NCBI GenBank assembly: GCA_040386775.1 | Contig: JAZKEU010000013.1 | Coordinates: 76,005 to 140,004 of the forward strand | Origin: Bdellovibrionota bacterium | Lineage (GTDB): Bacteria > Bdellovibrionota > Bdellovibrionia > Bdellovibrionales > JAEYZS01 | Direction: 5' to 3' | DNA: 64,000 nucleotides | Translations under genes and position numbers: made by a program | The notes under the pieces: generated by a model | Seen by the model: only the letters and a program-made list of their open reading frames with translations | What the model was told of the DNA's origin: nothing | Database searches by the model: none | Shown here: positions 1 to 9,868 of the stretch, in pieces | Numbering within the stretch: position 1 is the first letter of the stretch | How the letters are laid out: every line of letters begins with the position of its first letter

Positions 1-801
1 GGGCAAAGTGATGATCACCTCATCGAATCTTCTGAAGGTTTGATTTCCTTCTTCCGATTGGATATCAATCAAAAATTTATTATTTTCTCTGTAAACACGG
101 CTCACTTCATGGGAAAGATGAACGTCTGAGCCGAGTTCAGATGTGAGTTTATCAATAAGGGTCTGCATACCTCTCTTGAAACTCATGAGATTGGCTTTTC
201 CATTTTTTTTGATGGAGGCCTTAAATCCTTTGATCAAACTTTTGTGCTCTTTTTCGAGCAGAACTAGCTTGTTCAATGTTTTCTCAACAGAAAGTAATTT
301 TGCATCGCCAGCATAAATTCCGATTAAGCCTGATCTCACTATATTTTCTGCTACTTCATCACCGAAATGATTTTGGATAAATTCATAGACGGATTTTTTG
401 GAAACATCATCAAAAGGCTTCGGTGGAAAAGACATCTCTTTAAAAATTTTCATTCTTGCGCCAAAAGAAAGTAAATTGGATTTTATAATGTCTTGGGGTC
501 TCGTAGGAACTTCTTTCAGCACACCGTTAAACATAAGGTAGCGGATCTTAGAGTCTTCTCTGGAAGGAATAAGATCATTGTGAAGACCTAGTTGATTCAC
601 TAAATCCAGAGTTGTAGGCTCATTGTTTAAAAATCCATTAGCGCCAATTTCTACGACATATTTATCTTTGTACTGGGTGCCGATGTATCCACCAGCTCGA
701 TGTGACTTTTCGAAAATAGAAACCTTGTAGCCTTTTTTCTTAAGTAAAAAAGCTGTTGTCAAACCTGAGATGCCGGCACCTAGAATTGCGATATTTTTCA
801 T
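1..801 (-). CDS. hemY: FAD-dependent protoporphyrinogen/coproporphyrinogen oxidase (HemY family), N-terminal part only; C-terminus lies beyond the window edge
   Basis: Not in the ORF track because it is open at the window edge. My translation of the minus strand from the ATG at 801..799 gives MKNIAILGAGISGLTTAFLLKKKGYKV..., a GxGxxG FAD-binding N-terminus. The frame stays open to position 1 and sits directly upstream of hemE in a heme cluster. Confidence 0.7.
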   Translation of the reverse strand, partial: MKNIAILGAGISGLTTAFLLKKKGYKVSIFEKSHRAGGYIGTQYKDKYVVEIGANGFLNNEPTTLDLVNQLGLHNDLIPSREDSKIRYLMFNGVLKEVPTRPQDIIKSNLLSFGARMKIFKEMSFPPKPFDDVSKKSVYEFIQNHFGDEVAENIVRSGLIGIYAGDAKLLSVEKTLNKLVLLEKEHKSLIKGFKASIKKNGKANLMSFKRGMQTLIDKLTSELGSDVHLSHEVSRVYRENNKFLIDIQSEEGNQTFRRFDEVIITLP

Positions 802-811
802 TTAACCTAGG

Positions 812-1849
812 TTATCTGTAGTTGTGAACATAATCAATAGTTTGAGCGACAGTGGCCGTATTAGTGAACGGAGTGACGCCATGGCCGACGTTGAAGACAA
901 AGCGATCTAAAATTTCTGCTCTTTTAGCGTCACTTAATATGTTTTCAACATAGGGTTTAGCCTTTTCCCAATCCAAAGTCATAACGATGGGATCAATATT
1001 GCCCTGTAAAGTAATATTCTGCGGAACTCGCTTTGCAATTTGAGAAAGCGGAGTTCTCCAGTCTACACTGATTGCATTGGCTCCAGTCTGTGACATAAGC
1101 TCTACTAAGTGTGCTGTTGGTTGAGAATAAAGTATTACGGGAGTGTTTGGGTAAGTTTTTTTCACTTCACTCACAATGTATTTCATGTGAGGTAAGATAA
1201 AGCTCTCATATTCTTTTTGAGAAAGAACACCAACCCAAGAATCAAAAATTTGCACTGCTTGAACGCCGGATTCAATTTGAAACTTAAGGTAATTAGCAAT
1301 CTGAGTAGCAATATGAGCCATCGCAGAGTTAAAACCCTTTGGATCTTCGAACAAGAATCTTTTTGTAATGATAAATTCTTTTGATGTTCCGCCTTCGGCT
1401 AAATAAGAAATTAAAGTGAATGGTGCGCCAACAAATCCAATTAATGGGCGATCTTTCAGCTCTTTTTTGATCAGGTGAATCCCATCTCTAATGAACATCA
1501 TGTCTTTTCTTGGGTCGAGGTTGCCAAGGTTTTTTACAGTTTCAATTCCTGCATTTGCTAACTTCGGCCCATGATCTGTAAATTCAAAAGTAGATCCCAT
1601 GTATTCCAAGCAAGTGAGAATGTCGGAGAACATAATTGAAGCATCCAAAGGATATTTTCTCATCGGCTGCAAAGTGATTTCTTTCATCAACTCTGGTGTG
1701 TGACTCATGGTACGGAAGTTGGATTGTTTTTTTACAGCCATATATTCAGGAAGATATCGTCCGGCCTGTCTCATAAACCAAACTGGAATTTGAGATTTAT
1801 TTTTTCCGTTTAACGCGTTCAAAAAACTATCGCTTGAATAATTAGACAT
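812..1849 (-). CDS. hemE: uroporphyrinogen decarboxylase
   Basis: 345 aa with the URO-D signature PVWFMRQAGRYLPEY near the N-terminus. Length is typical. Its start overlaps the stop of the upstream response regulator gene by 8 nt. Confidence 0.95.
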   Translation of the reverse strand: MSNYSSDSFLNALNGKNKSQIPVWFMRQAGRYLPEYMAVKKQSNFRTMSHTPELMKEITLQPMRKYPLDASIMFSDILTCLEYMGSTFEFTDHGPKLANAGIETVKNLGNLDPRKDMMFIRDGIHLIKKELKDRPLIGFVGAPFTLISYLAEGGTSKEFIITKRFLFEDPKGFNSAMAHIATQIANYLKFQIESGVQAVQIFDSWVGVLSQKEYESFILPHMKYIVSEVKKTYPNTPVILYSQPTAHLVELMSQTGANAISVDWRTPLSQIAKRVPQNITLQGNIDPIVMTLDWEKAKPYVENILSDAKRAEILDRFVFNVGHGVTPFTNTATVAQTIDYVHNYR

Positions 1850-2558
1850 TTGTTTCCTCTTTCATCATTAGGGAATAACCAATTCCTCGGTGAGAAGTAA
1901 TAATAACTGGATTCGTTGGATCGACTTCGATCCATTTTCTAAATTTCACAATCATATTGTCAATGGTTCTAGTTGAGGGGTAATTGTTGTAACCCCAAAC
2001 CAAATCCAAAATCTTTTCTCTAGCTACCACTTGGTTGGTGTAAGTGAGAAGTAATTTTAAAATACGAGTTTCTTTGTCTGTTAATCTTTCTAACTGACCT
2101 TGTGCGCTGACTTGTTGAGCGTCAAAATCAAAAGTAGCGTTTCCGATGGTGATTTTTTTGATTTCTTTTTGTTTAGGCTGAGATCTTCTTAAAACCGCCT
2201 GGATTCTCAAAAGCAATTCTTTAAAGTGAAATGGTTTTGTCAAATAATCATCGGCCTTGAGCTCTAATCCTTGAATTTTATCTTGAACGGTCCCTTTGGC
2301 CGATAAAATTAAAACCGGCGTCGTATGAGACTGCCTAACCGTCGAGAGAATTTCGAATCCATCAAGCTTTGGAAGCGTGAGATCTAGAATGATAAGGTCA
2401 TGGACGCCTTTCATTGCGGCTTTCAATCCAGTTTCTCCATCTTGAACCCAGTCCACCGTAAAATTTTCCATCTGGAGATTGTCGATCAGACTTGCACCCA
2501 AGAGATCATTGTCTTCAATTAAAAGAATGTGTCCAATCATAAACTTTGCCTCAACCAT
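1842..2558 (-). CDS. OmpR-family two-component response regulator (receiver + winged-helix)
   Basis: Receiver motifs ILLIEDN, DLIILDLTLP and a Lys-containing KP motif; C-terminal winged-helix segment (TRTIDNMIVKFRKW, RGIGY). An alternative ATG at 2540 (MIGHILLIEDN) is possible. Confidence 0.9.
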   Translation of the reverse strand: MVEAKFMIGHILLIEDNDLLGASLIDNLQMENFTVDWVQDGETGLKAAMKGVHDLIILDLTLPKLDGFEILSTVRQSHTTPVLILSAKGTVQDKIQGLELKADDYLTKPFHFKELLLRIQAVLRRSQPKQKEIKKITIGNATFDFDAQQVSAQGQLERLTDKETRILKLLLTYTNQVVAREKILDLVWGYNNYPSTRTIDNMIVKFRKWIEVDPTNPVIITSHRGIGYSLMMKEETNV

Positions 2559-3471
2559 TTTCCCATGTAATTTGGGTTTTTACGCCTTGATTGATTCCAT
2601 TACTTTCAAATTGAATATGTATATTGGCCTTGTTGGCAATCTCTTGCGCAAGGGTAAGACCCATTCCAGTTCCTGGGAAAGCTTCTTTGATGACTCGATC
2701 ACTTCGCCAAAAAGGTTTCATCGAAGCTTGGATTTCGTTCTCAGTCATTCCAATTCCTTTGTCAGAAATGGAGAGGATAATTTTATTGTCTTTCTTAGAT
2801 CCTTCGATTTGGATCGTCTTATCCTCTGCTTTTTGAGAATACTTTATAGCATTGTCTAAAATGTTTTTAATTACAAGTTGGGAAGAAAGCTGTGATGAGA
2901 AAACCTGCAAGTCATCAGAAATTTTAATTTTAAGATTTTGTTCAGAAATTTTATTGTGCTGTAGATAAGACTGAAGCTGTTCTTCGATCAAACTCTTAAG
3001 TTTGATCTGAGATTTCTCTTGCTTGAGAGTGTCTACAGACGTCAGCGTCAGAATATTTTCCACCTGTTCAAACAGCGTGTTTAAAGCTTCGTTGGCGCGA
3101 GCGATATAAGTTTCCTGTTTTGATTTTTCGATATTTGGTCTTTCCAATGTATCAAGACACAGTCTAATGTTCGCAATTGGTGTTTTTAGCTCGTGCGAAA
3201 TCGCGCCAAGAAATGTGGTATGTGCGCGCTTCAATTGGATTTGTTCTTTATAAGTTTTGTAAGTGTACCAAAGGCTCAATCCCCAGAAAAAAATAAAGAA
3301 GGCACTTTCAAAAATAATCATTCTTTGAAAATGATAGGTTTTTTCTTGGAAATCAGGATTGAGAGATGCGATCAAACTCTGTTGATCGATCAGAAGATAG
3401 GCCCACCACACCACTTGCGCCATGGCAAGAAAAGCGAGAAGTGAGAATGTGATCTTCGTACGTCTATACAA
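2551..3471 (-). CDS. sensor histidine kinase with two TM helices and only a short external loop (no recognisable sensor domain)
   Basis: H-box SHELKTPIANI, N-box DNAIKYS, G-boxes DKGIGM and GTGMGL. Two N-terminal hydrophobic helices are separated by about 23 residues. TTG start lies 1 nt after the hemL stop. Confidence 0.9.
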   Translation of the reverse strand: MYRRTKITFSLLAFLAMAQVVWWAYLLIDQQSLIASLNPDFQEKTYHFQRMIIFESAFFIFFWGLSLWYTYKTYKEQIQLKRAHTTFLGAISHELKTPIANIRLCLDTLERPNIEKSKQETYIARANEALNTLFEQVENILTLTSVDTLKQEKSQIKLKSLIEEQLQSYLQHNKISEQNLKIKISDDLQVFSSQLSSQLVIKNILDNAIKYSQKAEDKTIQIEGSKKDNKIILSISDKGIGMTENEIQASMKPFWRSDRVIKEAFPGTGMGLTLAQEIANKANIHIQFESNGINQGVKTQITWENG

Positions 3472-3472
3472 A

Positions 3473-4756
3473 TTAAACTCCTCTGAGTGCGTCCACTAAT
3501 GCATCAACGTCTTCTTTTTTATGAGAAAGTGATAGGAATCCTACTTCATAAACTGAAGGTGATAGATAAATTCCTTTGCTTAGTAATATATGGTAAATTT
3601 CTTTGAAGGCTTGCACGGTTTCTTTGGTGATGTCCTTGTAGCTCGTTGGTTCTTTGTCAAGGCCTGGGGCCAGCCAGAAAATACTTCCGATACGTTTGTA
3701 ATGAAGAGGTATTTTAGAATCTCTTTTAAAGGCTGAGATTTTTTCATCCAAATATTTTCCTAAGTCATCTTCAATGTAAGAGTAAACATCATTATCAAAA
3801 GCAGTTTGCATTGTTTTGAGTCCTGCAATCATGCAAAGGGGATTTCCACTCAGCGTTCCCGCTTGGTAAACGCTTCCGAGAGGAGCGACGTGATTCATGA
3901 TCGCATCTTTTGCGCAGATTGCTCCGACAGGAAGACCGCCGCCAATGATTTTTCCGTAAGTACCGATATCTGGTTCTATGCCAAAATATCCAACAGCACC
4001 TTGGGGATGAATTCTAAAGCCAGTGATCACTTCGTCAAAAATTAAAAGCGCTCCATTTTGTTTTGTGAGGTCACGACAAGCTTGCATCCATTCTTTTGTT
4101 GGAACAAACAATCCGCTATTTGCCATCACAGGCTCAACAATAATTGCTGCGATTTGGTCTTTGTAAGAGTTAAAAACTTCTTTGATGGCGTTAATGTCAT
4201 TGCTGGGAATTGTAATCGTGTCTTTGATGCAACCTTCAGGAACTCCGGCAGAGCTTGCCACTCCTTGAGTCATAAGTCCCGATCCAGCATTTACGAGTAA
4301 ACTGTCAGCATGTCCGTGATAAGCGCCATCAATTTTTACGATCTTGTCTCTGCCAGTTGCGCCTCTTGCTAGGCGAATTGCAGTCATTACAGCTTCTGTT
4401 CCAGAGTTTACAAATCTGATTTTATCAAAGAAAGGAAGTTTTGAAAGAATATATGTCGAAAGTTCAACATCCAGAGCCGTTGGAGTTCCAAAGTGTGTTC
4501 CATTTTGAACTTGGTCTTGAAGGCCGCGCACAACATTTGGATTTGCGTGGCCGAGTAGTAATGCTCCCCAGCTCATACAGAAATCCACATACGTATTCCC
4601 ATCTACATCTGTAAGCTTTGGTCCGTTTCCTTTTTTGAAGAAGATCGGTGTTCCACCAACAGATTTGAAAGCTCTTACCGGAGAGTGCACGCCAGCAGGC
4701 GCAAGTTTTTGAGAGTCATTGTAAAGGGCCTGAGATTTTTCTAAGCTCATTTTCAT
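3473..4756 (-). CDS. hemL: glutamate-1-semialdehyde 2,1-aminomutase
   Basis: 427 aa class-III aminotransferase. Motifs NSGTEAVMTAIRLARG and the PLP-lysine context TYGKIIGGGLPVGA are typical of HemL. Heme cluster context. Confidence 0.95.
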   Translation of the reverse strand: MKMSLEKSQALYNDSQKLAPAGVHSPVRAFKSVGGTPIFFKKGNGPKLTDVDGNTYVDFCMSWGALLLGHANPNVVRGLQDQVQNGTHFGTPTALDVELSTYILSKLPFFDKIRFVNSGTEAVMTAIRLARGATGRDKIVKIDGAYHGHADSLLVNAGSGLMTQGVASSAGVPEGCIKDTITIPSNDINAIKEVFNSYKDQIAAIIVEPVMANSGLFVPTKEWMQACRDLTKQNGALLIFDEVITGFRIHPQGAVGYFGIEPDIGTYGKIIGGGLPVGAICAKDAIMNHVAPLGSVYQAGTLSGNPLCMIAGLKTMQTAFDNDVYSYIEDDLGKYLDEKISAFKRDSKIPLHYKRIGSIFWLAPGLDKEPTSYKDITKETVQAFKEIYHILLSKGIYLSPSVYEVGFLSLSHKKEDVDALVDALRGV

Positions 4757-4786
4757 TTCCTGTTTTGTAGTTTTCCTAAAATATTT

Positions 4787-6385
4787 CTATCGTAATGTAT
4801 TTATCATTTCATCCCATGAACCTGATTTTTTGTTCACGGTGTGTTCAATATTATTTTCTAATAAAATCTTACTCGTCGATGGGCCAAAGGCGTAAATCTT
4901 AATATGTTGAAACTGAGTTGGGTTGCCTTTATGTAGCTCTACAAAGTCCTTCGCACAGAGTGGATTTGTGAGGACCAACTTATCATTATCTTTTAAAGCT
5001 GGTAAACGAGAGAGAGGGTTTTGGCAGACAAAACTTCCATAGAGTTTTAAAAACTTGTAATTTCTACCTTGTTTCTCGGCTACCTTCATAAGAAGTGAGT
5101 CTGTAGAGCCCATGAGGAGTGGATTTTGGGCGTCTAAGATCTCTAGAAGAGCCTCTCCGTGAGAGTCTTCTGGAACTATAATGTTTGTCATTTCATAAGC
5201 CAAAAGCTCAGATTTCGTGGCATCACCTACAGCGTAAAGCTTTAATTTTTTTACAGCATCTAGATGCTCAGGATATTGGGATATAAATTCGTTCATAAAA
5301 ATACGGACAGAGAACTGACTCGTGAAAACCAAAGCATCAAAGCTAGCAAAACCATCATGAATATTCTTAAAGTCTTCATGACTGAAAGTGGGAAGAACTT
5401 CTCTCATAACCCAAGGTATGGGATAAAAATTATTTTTTGCTAATTTTTTTGCTGTTCTCAGTTGATGTTGAAGTGGTTGAGTTGAAATGACTCGTTGGCC
5501 AGAGTCTCTTGATTCGGAAATTTTTGCGAAAAGATCTCTCAATAATCCCTCTAGGCTATGTGCTTTTAATTTCAGTTCAGTATTTTTACCATCTTCACTA
5601 AAAAAGAAATCCATGTAGTAGCTTTTGTCTTTTGTAATTTTGCAACCGACAGCCAGCTGGCAACCACCGCCAAGCATAGCAAGAACACTTTTTTCTGCCA
5701 TTGCGATATCAGTGAGGTCTTTGTTTTTAATTTGATCTAAAACTCTTTTGTGTTTCTCATGGCCTTGCACACCAAGAATTCCTTGGCAGGGCGCTGTAAC
5801 AAAACCCAGCTCAATGATCATAAGTCCCTTTTCTAAAATGGATTGTTGTAAGTTGAGTCTGTTCACTCCAGCCTTTGCTAATACTGTTGCTTCGAATTCT
5901 CCGCTAAGTACTTTTTCAATTCTAGTGGGAACATTTCCACGTATGGATTCTATTCTTGCTGTAGGAAATGCTTTTTTTAGCTGTGCTGTTCTTCTTGGAG
6001 ATGAGGTGCCGATAAGAATTCCATTTTTAAGCTTTAAAGGGTTTTCTGAAAGAACAAATTCTTTTTTAACGATGATGATGTCCGCAGTCTCTTCGCGCTC
6101 ACTGTAGGCAACCCAAGGAAGGCTTTTGTGAATCTGACTTGGTAGATCCTTGGATGAGTGGACGGCGAGGTTGATGTTTTCCGCGAGTAAATTTTTTTCG
6201 ATTTCCTTTGTAAAAAATCCATCGCCAGTCATGTGTTGAAACGGACGCAAATCTTTATCGCCCACAGTAATGATATGCTGAATCTCTGGAGCATAGCCTT
6301 TAGATTCTAGGGTGTTTTTAACTAGATTAGTCTGTGTAAGCGCAAGATCACTTTTGCGTGTTCCGACTCTGAGTTTGGACTGCAT
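4787..6385 (-). CDS. hemCD: fused hydroxymethylbilane synthase (HemC) / uroporphyrinogen-III synthase (HemD)
   Basis: N-terminal half: KLRVGTRKSDLALTQT and the cofactor-Cys context GGGCQLAVG (HemC). C-terminal ~230 aa: ALVFTSQFSVRIF, KLYAVGDATKSEL, SHGEALLEIL (HEM4/HemD-like). Start set at the ATG at 6385; the ORF track begins at a TTG at 6391. Overlaps the hemA 3' end. Confidence 0.8.
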   Translation of the reverse strand: MQSKLRVGTRKSDLALTQTNLVKNTLESKGYAPEIQHIITVGDKDLRPFQHMTGDGFFTKEIEKNLLAENINLAVHSSKDLPSQIHKSLPWVAYSEREETADIIIVKKEFVLSENPLKLKNGILIGTSSPRRTAQLKKAFPTARIESIRGNVPTRIEKVLSGEFEATVLAKAGVNRLNLQQSILEKGLMIIELGFVTAPCQGILGVQGHEKHKRVLDQIKNKDLTDIAMAEKSVLAMLGGGCQLAVGCKITKDKSYYMDFFFSEDGKNTELKLKAHSLEGLLRDLFAKISESRDSGQRVISTQPLQHQLRTAKKLAKNNFYPIPWVMREVLPTFSHEDFKNIHDGFASFDALVFTSQFSVRIFMNEFISQYPEHLDAVKKLKLYAVGDATKSELLAYEMTNIIVPEDSHGEALLEILDAQNPLLMGSTDSLLMKVAEKQGRNYKFLKLYGSFVCQNPLSRLPALKDNDKLVLTNPLCAKDFVELHKGNPTQFQHIKIYAFGPSTSKILLENNIEHTVNKKSGSWDEMINTLR

Positions 6386-7577
6386 TGACAACTTCTTTAT
6401 ATGTTTTTAAATGTACGTGGTTAATTTTTTTAATTAATTTTTCTGACCACTGAGCAAGTCCATTTTTTTGTTCAAAGGTAAGTGGGCCAAAGAAATTCTC
6501 TAATCCATTCGCAAGAGACTCTTCGTGAATCTGAATGCTTTTTTGAATATTGTTTGTAATCAAAGATTGAATCGATTGGATCGATAGATCAGAAAGAATA
6601 TTCAAAACAGATTGAGAAATATGAGTTTTTAATTGTCTTTTTAGTTGAGCAGCTTCTTTTTTATCTTTAGATAAAATCTTTTGGATTTGATCAAGACCTA
6701 AATATTCCGCATTATTCGAAGCTGATAATTTTGAATCTGCATTTGGTGGGATACAGAGATCCACGATCATTTCTGGTTTAGAAGAAGTGAGCATTTCTTT
6801 AGTCAGGATTTTTTGCTCAGAAGAAGTTGCAAAGCTAATGACATCGTATTTTTCAAGATTGCCTGTCAAGAACTCATTCCAAGAAAGAGTATTTGATTTA
6901 AGATCATTAGAAGAAATCTTTGACGCTGTTCTATTTGTGATGGTGATGTTCTTGAAATTCTTTTTTTCTAAATATTTATGTAAAAGTTTATGTGTTTCAC
7001 CGTATCCAACCAAAAGTACAGAGGCCTTATTTTCAGTTCTGTTTTCTTTCGATTTTTGGTGAATGATTTTTCCAGCTACTGATGAAACGGAAGTTTGAAG
7101 TCTAGAGAGCTGAGTCTCGGTTCTGATTTTTTTTGCTTCTCTTAAGACTAAATTTAAAACCTTAGATAATCCTGGACCGATTAATTTTTGTTTTTGTTGT
7201 TCTGTGAAAGCATTTTTGATTTGTCCTAAAATTTGGTTTTCGCCAAAAACTACTGAATCCATAGAGCAAGCGACTTCCAAAAGATGAGATGTGATGTCAT
7301 CGAGTCTTGTGAAGGCTTTAGGCTTTAATTGTGTAAAGCGAGGACGTTTTTTAGAAAGATTTTCTTCTGACAGAATTAAAAACTCAACACGGTTGCAGGT
7401 TGCTAAATAAAAACATTCTTGCGCATTTAAATCTCTTAAGAGCTGCTTTATAAAAGCTGGCGCTGCCTCTGGTGATTTCGAGATCTCTTTTAGACCGTCG
7501 ACCCCAACGTTGCGAATATGAAAAGACCAAAGTAGCAAGTTCAAATGGTTGTTTCCTAATGTTGTTGATAGGTCCAA
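6348..7577 (-). CDS. hemA: glutamyl-tRNA reductase
   Basis: Catalytic Cys motif ATCNRVEF and a central Rossmann segment VLLVGYGETHK. There is no ATG at the 5' end; TTG candidates are at 7577 and 7544, the latter preceded by AGGAAA. Confidence 0.88.
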   Translation of the reverse strand: MDLSTTLGNNHLNLLLWSFHIRNVGVDGLKEISKSPEAAPAFIKQLLRDLNAQECFYLATCNRVEFLILSEENLSKKRPRFTQLKPKAFTRLDDITSHLLEVACSMDSVVFGENQILGQIKNAFTEQQKQKLIGPGLSKVLNLVLREAKKIRTETQLSRLQTSVSSVAGKIIHQKSKENRTENKASVLLVGYGETHKLLHKYLEKKNFKNITITNRTASKISSNDLKSNTLSWNEFLTGNLEKYDVISFATSSEQKILTKEMLTSSKPEMIVDLCIPPNADSKLSASNNAEYLGLDQIQKILSKDKKEAAQLKRQLKTHISQSVLNILSDLSIQSIQSLITNNIQKSIQIHEESLANGLENFFGPLTFEQKNGLAQWSEKLIKKINHVHLKTYKEVVNAVQTQSRNTQK

Positions 7578-7753
7578 GTTATCAAATAGCTTTCATTTAT
7601 TGTCATTATTTTGTAACAATCCGGTCTAGGTCCTTAAGCTTTTTATAACGCATCGAATAATTTATATAAACCTAGCATTATAAAATAGTTAGAGATGACT
7701 TTGAGTGCCAGAACCTTGATGCAAAAAGACCTCAGGTCCTTTAATATCAGCAG

Positions 7754-9868
7754 ATGTCGCATCCTCAATCTGTAAATCCATATCTGAATAGAGAAATGGG
7801 GCTCTTGAAGTTTAACGAAAGAGTGCTCTATCAAGCCTTAAATAAAAGAACTCCGCTTTTAGAAAAAGTGAATTTCATTAATATCTTTCACTCCAATATG
7901 GATGAGTTTTTTATGAAAAGACTCGCCGGTTTAAAAAAACTACACGAGGCCAGGCTGCAATCTTACTCTCTAGACGGTTTAACCCCCAAAGAACAGATAG
8001 ATCAAATCCGCGTAAAAATTTTAGAACTCAACAAGCAGGTAAATGCCTTTGTAGATAAAGATTTAAAAAATGATCTTGAGGCCAATGGGGTACATCTCTT
8101 GCGTTGGAGAAATTTAAATGCAAAAGAAAAAGCTTGGGTGACAGATCTTTTTAAAAATAAAATTTTTCCGGTACTAACTCCAATGGCCGTTGATCAAGCG
8201 CATCCGTTTCCGCATATTTCTAATCTTTCGACCTCGATTGCAGTTTCTTTAAAGCATCCGCAAGAAGAAGAACTTTTATTTACAAGAATTAAGATTCCTC
8301 CAATTTTTCCAATGTGGGTCAGGCTCGAGCCTCGTCAAAACGAAAGAGATTTTAGATTTATCAGTATGATTGATATTATTATTCAGCATTTGGAAGAGCT
8401 TTTTCCTAATATGGAAATCAAAAACATGATGACCTTTCGAGTAACGAGAAGTATCGACATCAAAGACTATAGGGACGAGGACGCCGAAGATCTTTTGGAG
8501 CTAATCGTAGAGGAAGTTCGTCAAAGAAAATACACAGAGATTGTAAGGCTTGAACATGGAAACAACCCGGATCCTTGGCTCTTAAAGTTTCTCCTCGAAG
8601 AATTGGAATTGAAAGAGGAAGATGTTTATCCTTATCCAGGGCGTCTTGAATTTAAAGATTTAAAAAACATATATAAACAAAATATTCAAGAACTCAAATA
8701 TCCTCTTTGGAGTCCAGTAGCTCCGACCCAGCTTGCAGACAATGGCCAAAATATTTTTAATGCCATTAAGCAAAACGATATTTTACTCCATCATCCTTAT
8801 GAATCATTCACAAATAGTGTAGAGAGACTTGTTGTAACCGCAGCGAACGATCCGAATGTGATGGCTATTAAAATGACACTGTATCGAACCGCAGAAGATA
8901 GCGCTCTGGTAGAAGCTTTGATCAAAGCCGCGGAAACTGGCAAGCAAGTGGTGTGCCTTATCGAGCTCCAAGCCAGAATGGACGAAGAAAGAAATATCTA
9001 TCTTGCACAGACTCTCGAAGAAGCCGGAGTGCATGTTGTTTATGGAATCGCTGGTCTTAAGACTCATGCGAAGATTGTTCTGATTGTAAGAAAAGAACAA
9101 GAGGACTTTAAGGTTTATGCACACATTGGAACCGGAAACTACAATCCCGTGACGGCAAGGCTTTACACTGATGTAGGTTTACTCACTTGCAATACTGATA
9201 TTACGAAAGACTTAACAGATCTTTTTCATTATTTGACAGGCCGTTCACTTAAAACTCAGTACAATAAAATCTTGGTTGCGCCGGTAACGCTCAAAGACTC
9301 TTTCTTACAAATGATTGCAGCGGAAGTTGAGAATCAAAAATCTGGTAAACCGGCTGAAATTATAGCAAAAATGAATAGCTTAGAAGATAAAGATATTATT
9401 AAAGCCCTTTATGATGCTTCTCAAGAAGGTGTGAAAATTCAATTGATAGTTCGAGGTTTTTCTTGCTTAAGGCCGCAACAGAAAGATTTGAGTAAGAATA
9501 TTTATGTGACTTCTATTTTGGGAAGATTCTTGGAGCATTCTCGCATTTTCTATTTTAGAAATGGTGAAGAAGATCAGGTTCAAGGAAAATACTTTATTGG
9601 TTCTGCGGATTGGATGTCGAGAAACCTCAACAATAGAGTGGAAGTTGTAACTCCCATCGATGACCGCAATGCTAAAATCAAACTCCATGAGCTTTTAGAA
9701 GTCTATCTTCAAGATCAGGTTTCGGTTTGGGATATGGATTCTTCTGGGAATTATAATCTTCGCAGCGACAAGAATGATTTGCTAGAAGGTTCCCAAGAAT
9801 TATTAATGAAACAAGCACTGCTGAAGTATCAGTCGTATGTGCAAAATAGAATCGGGACATCGCTATGA
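7754..9868 (+). CDS. ppk: polyphosphate kinase 1
   Basis: 704 aa. N-terminal YLNREMGLLKFNERVL and the PLD-like motif LKTHAKIVLIVR are typical of PPK1. Confidence 0.95.
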   Translation: MSHPQSVNPYLNREMGLLKFNERVLYQALNKRTPLLEKVNFINIFHSNMDEFFMKRLAGLKKLHEARLQSYSLDGLTPKEQIDQIRVKILELNKQVNAFVDKDLKNDLEANGVHLLRWRNLNAKEKAWVTDLFKNKIFPVLTPMAVDQAHPFPHISNLSTSIAVSLKHPQEEELLFTRIKIPPIFPMWVRLEPRQNERDFRFISMIDIIIQHLEELFPNMEIKNMMTFRVTRSIDIKDYRDEDAEDLLELIVEEVRQRKYTEIVRLEHGNNPDPWLLKFLLEELELKEEDVYPYPGRLEFKDLKNIYKQNIQELKYPLWSPVAPTQLADNGQNIFNAIKQNDILLHHPYESFTNSVERLVVTAANDPNVMAIKMTLYRTAEDSALVEALIKAAETGKQVVCLIELQARMDEERNIYLAQTLEEAGVHVVYGIAGLKTHAKIVLIVRKEQEDFKVYAHIGTGNYNPVTARLYTDVGLLTCNTDITKDLTDLFHYLTGRSLKTQYNKILVAPVTLKDSFLQMIAAEVENQKSGKPAEIIAKMNSLEDKDIIKALYDASQEGVKIQLIVRGFSCLRPQQKDLSKNIYVTSILGRFLEHSRIFYFRNGEEDQVQGKYFIGSADWMSRNLNNRVEVVTPIDDRNAKIKLHELLEVYLQDQVSVWDMDSSGNYNLRSDKNDLLEGSQELLMKQALLKYQSYVQNRIGTSL

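Noticed and set aside
2479-3444. Plus-strand ORFs antisense to the histidine kinase and response regulator genes
   Set aside because: They are shadow ORFs inside well-supported genes with complete catalytic motifs.
7578-7753. Promoter and operator assignment in the hemA/ppk divergent spacer (minus-strand TATAAT at 7677..7682; GACCTCAGGTC palindrome near 7728..7738)
   Set aside because: No acceptable -35 partner exists at proper spacing, and the spacer is so AT-rich that -10-like hexamers occur by chance. It is not reported as a feature.
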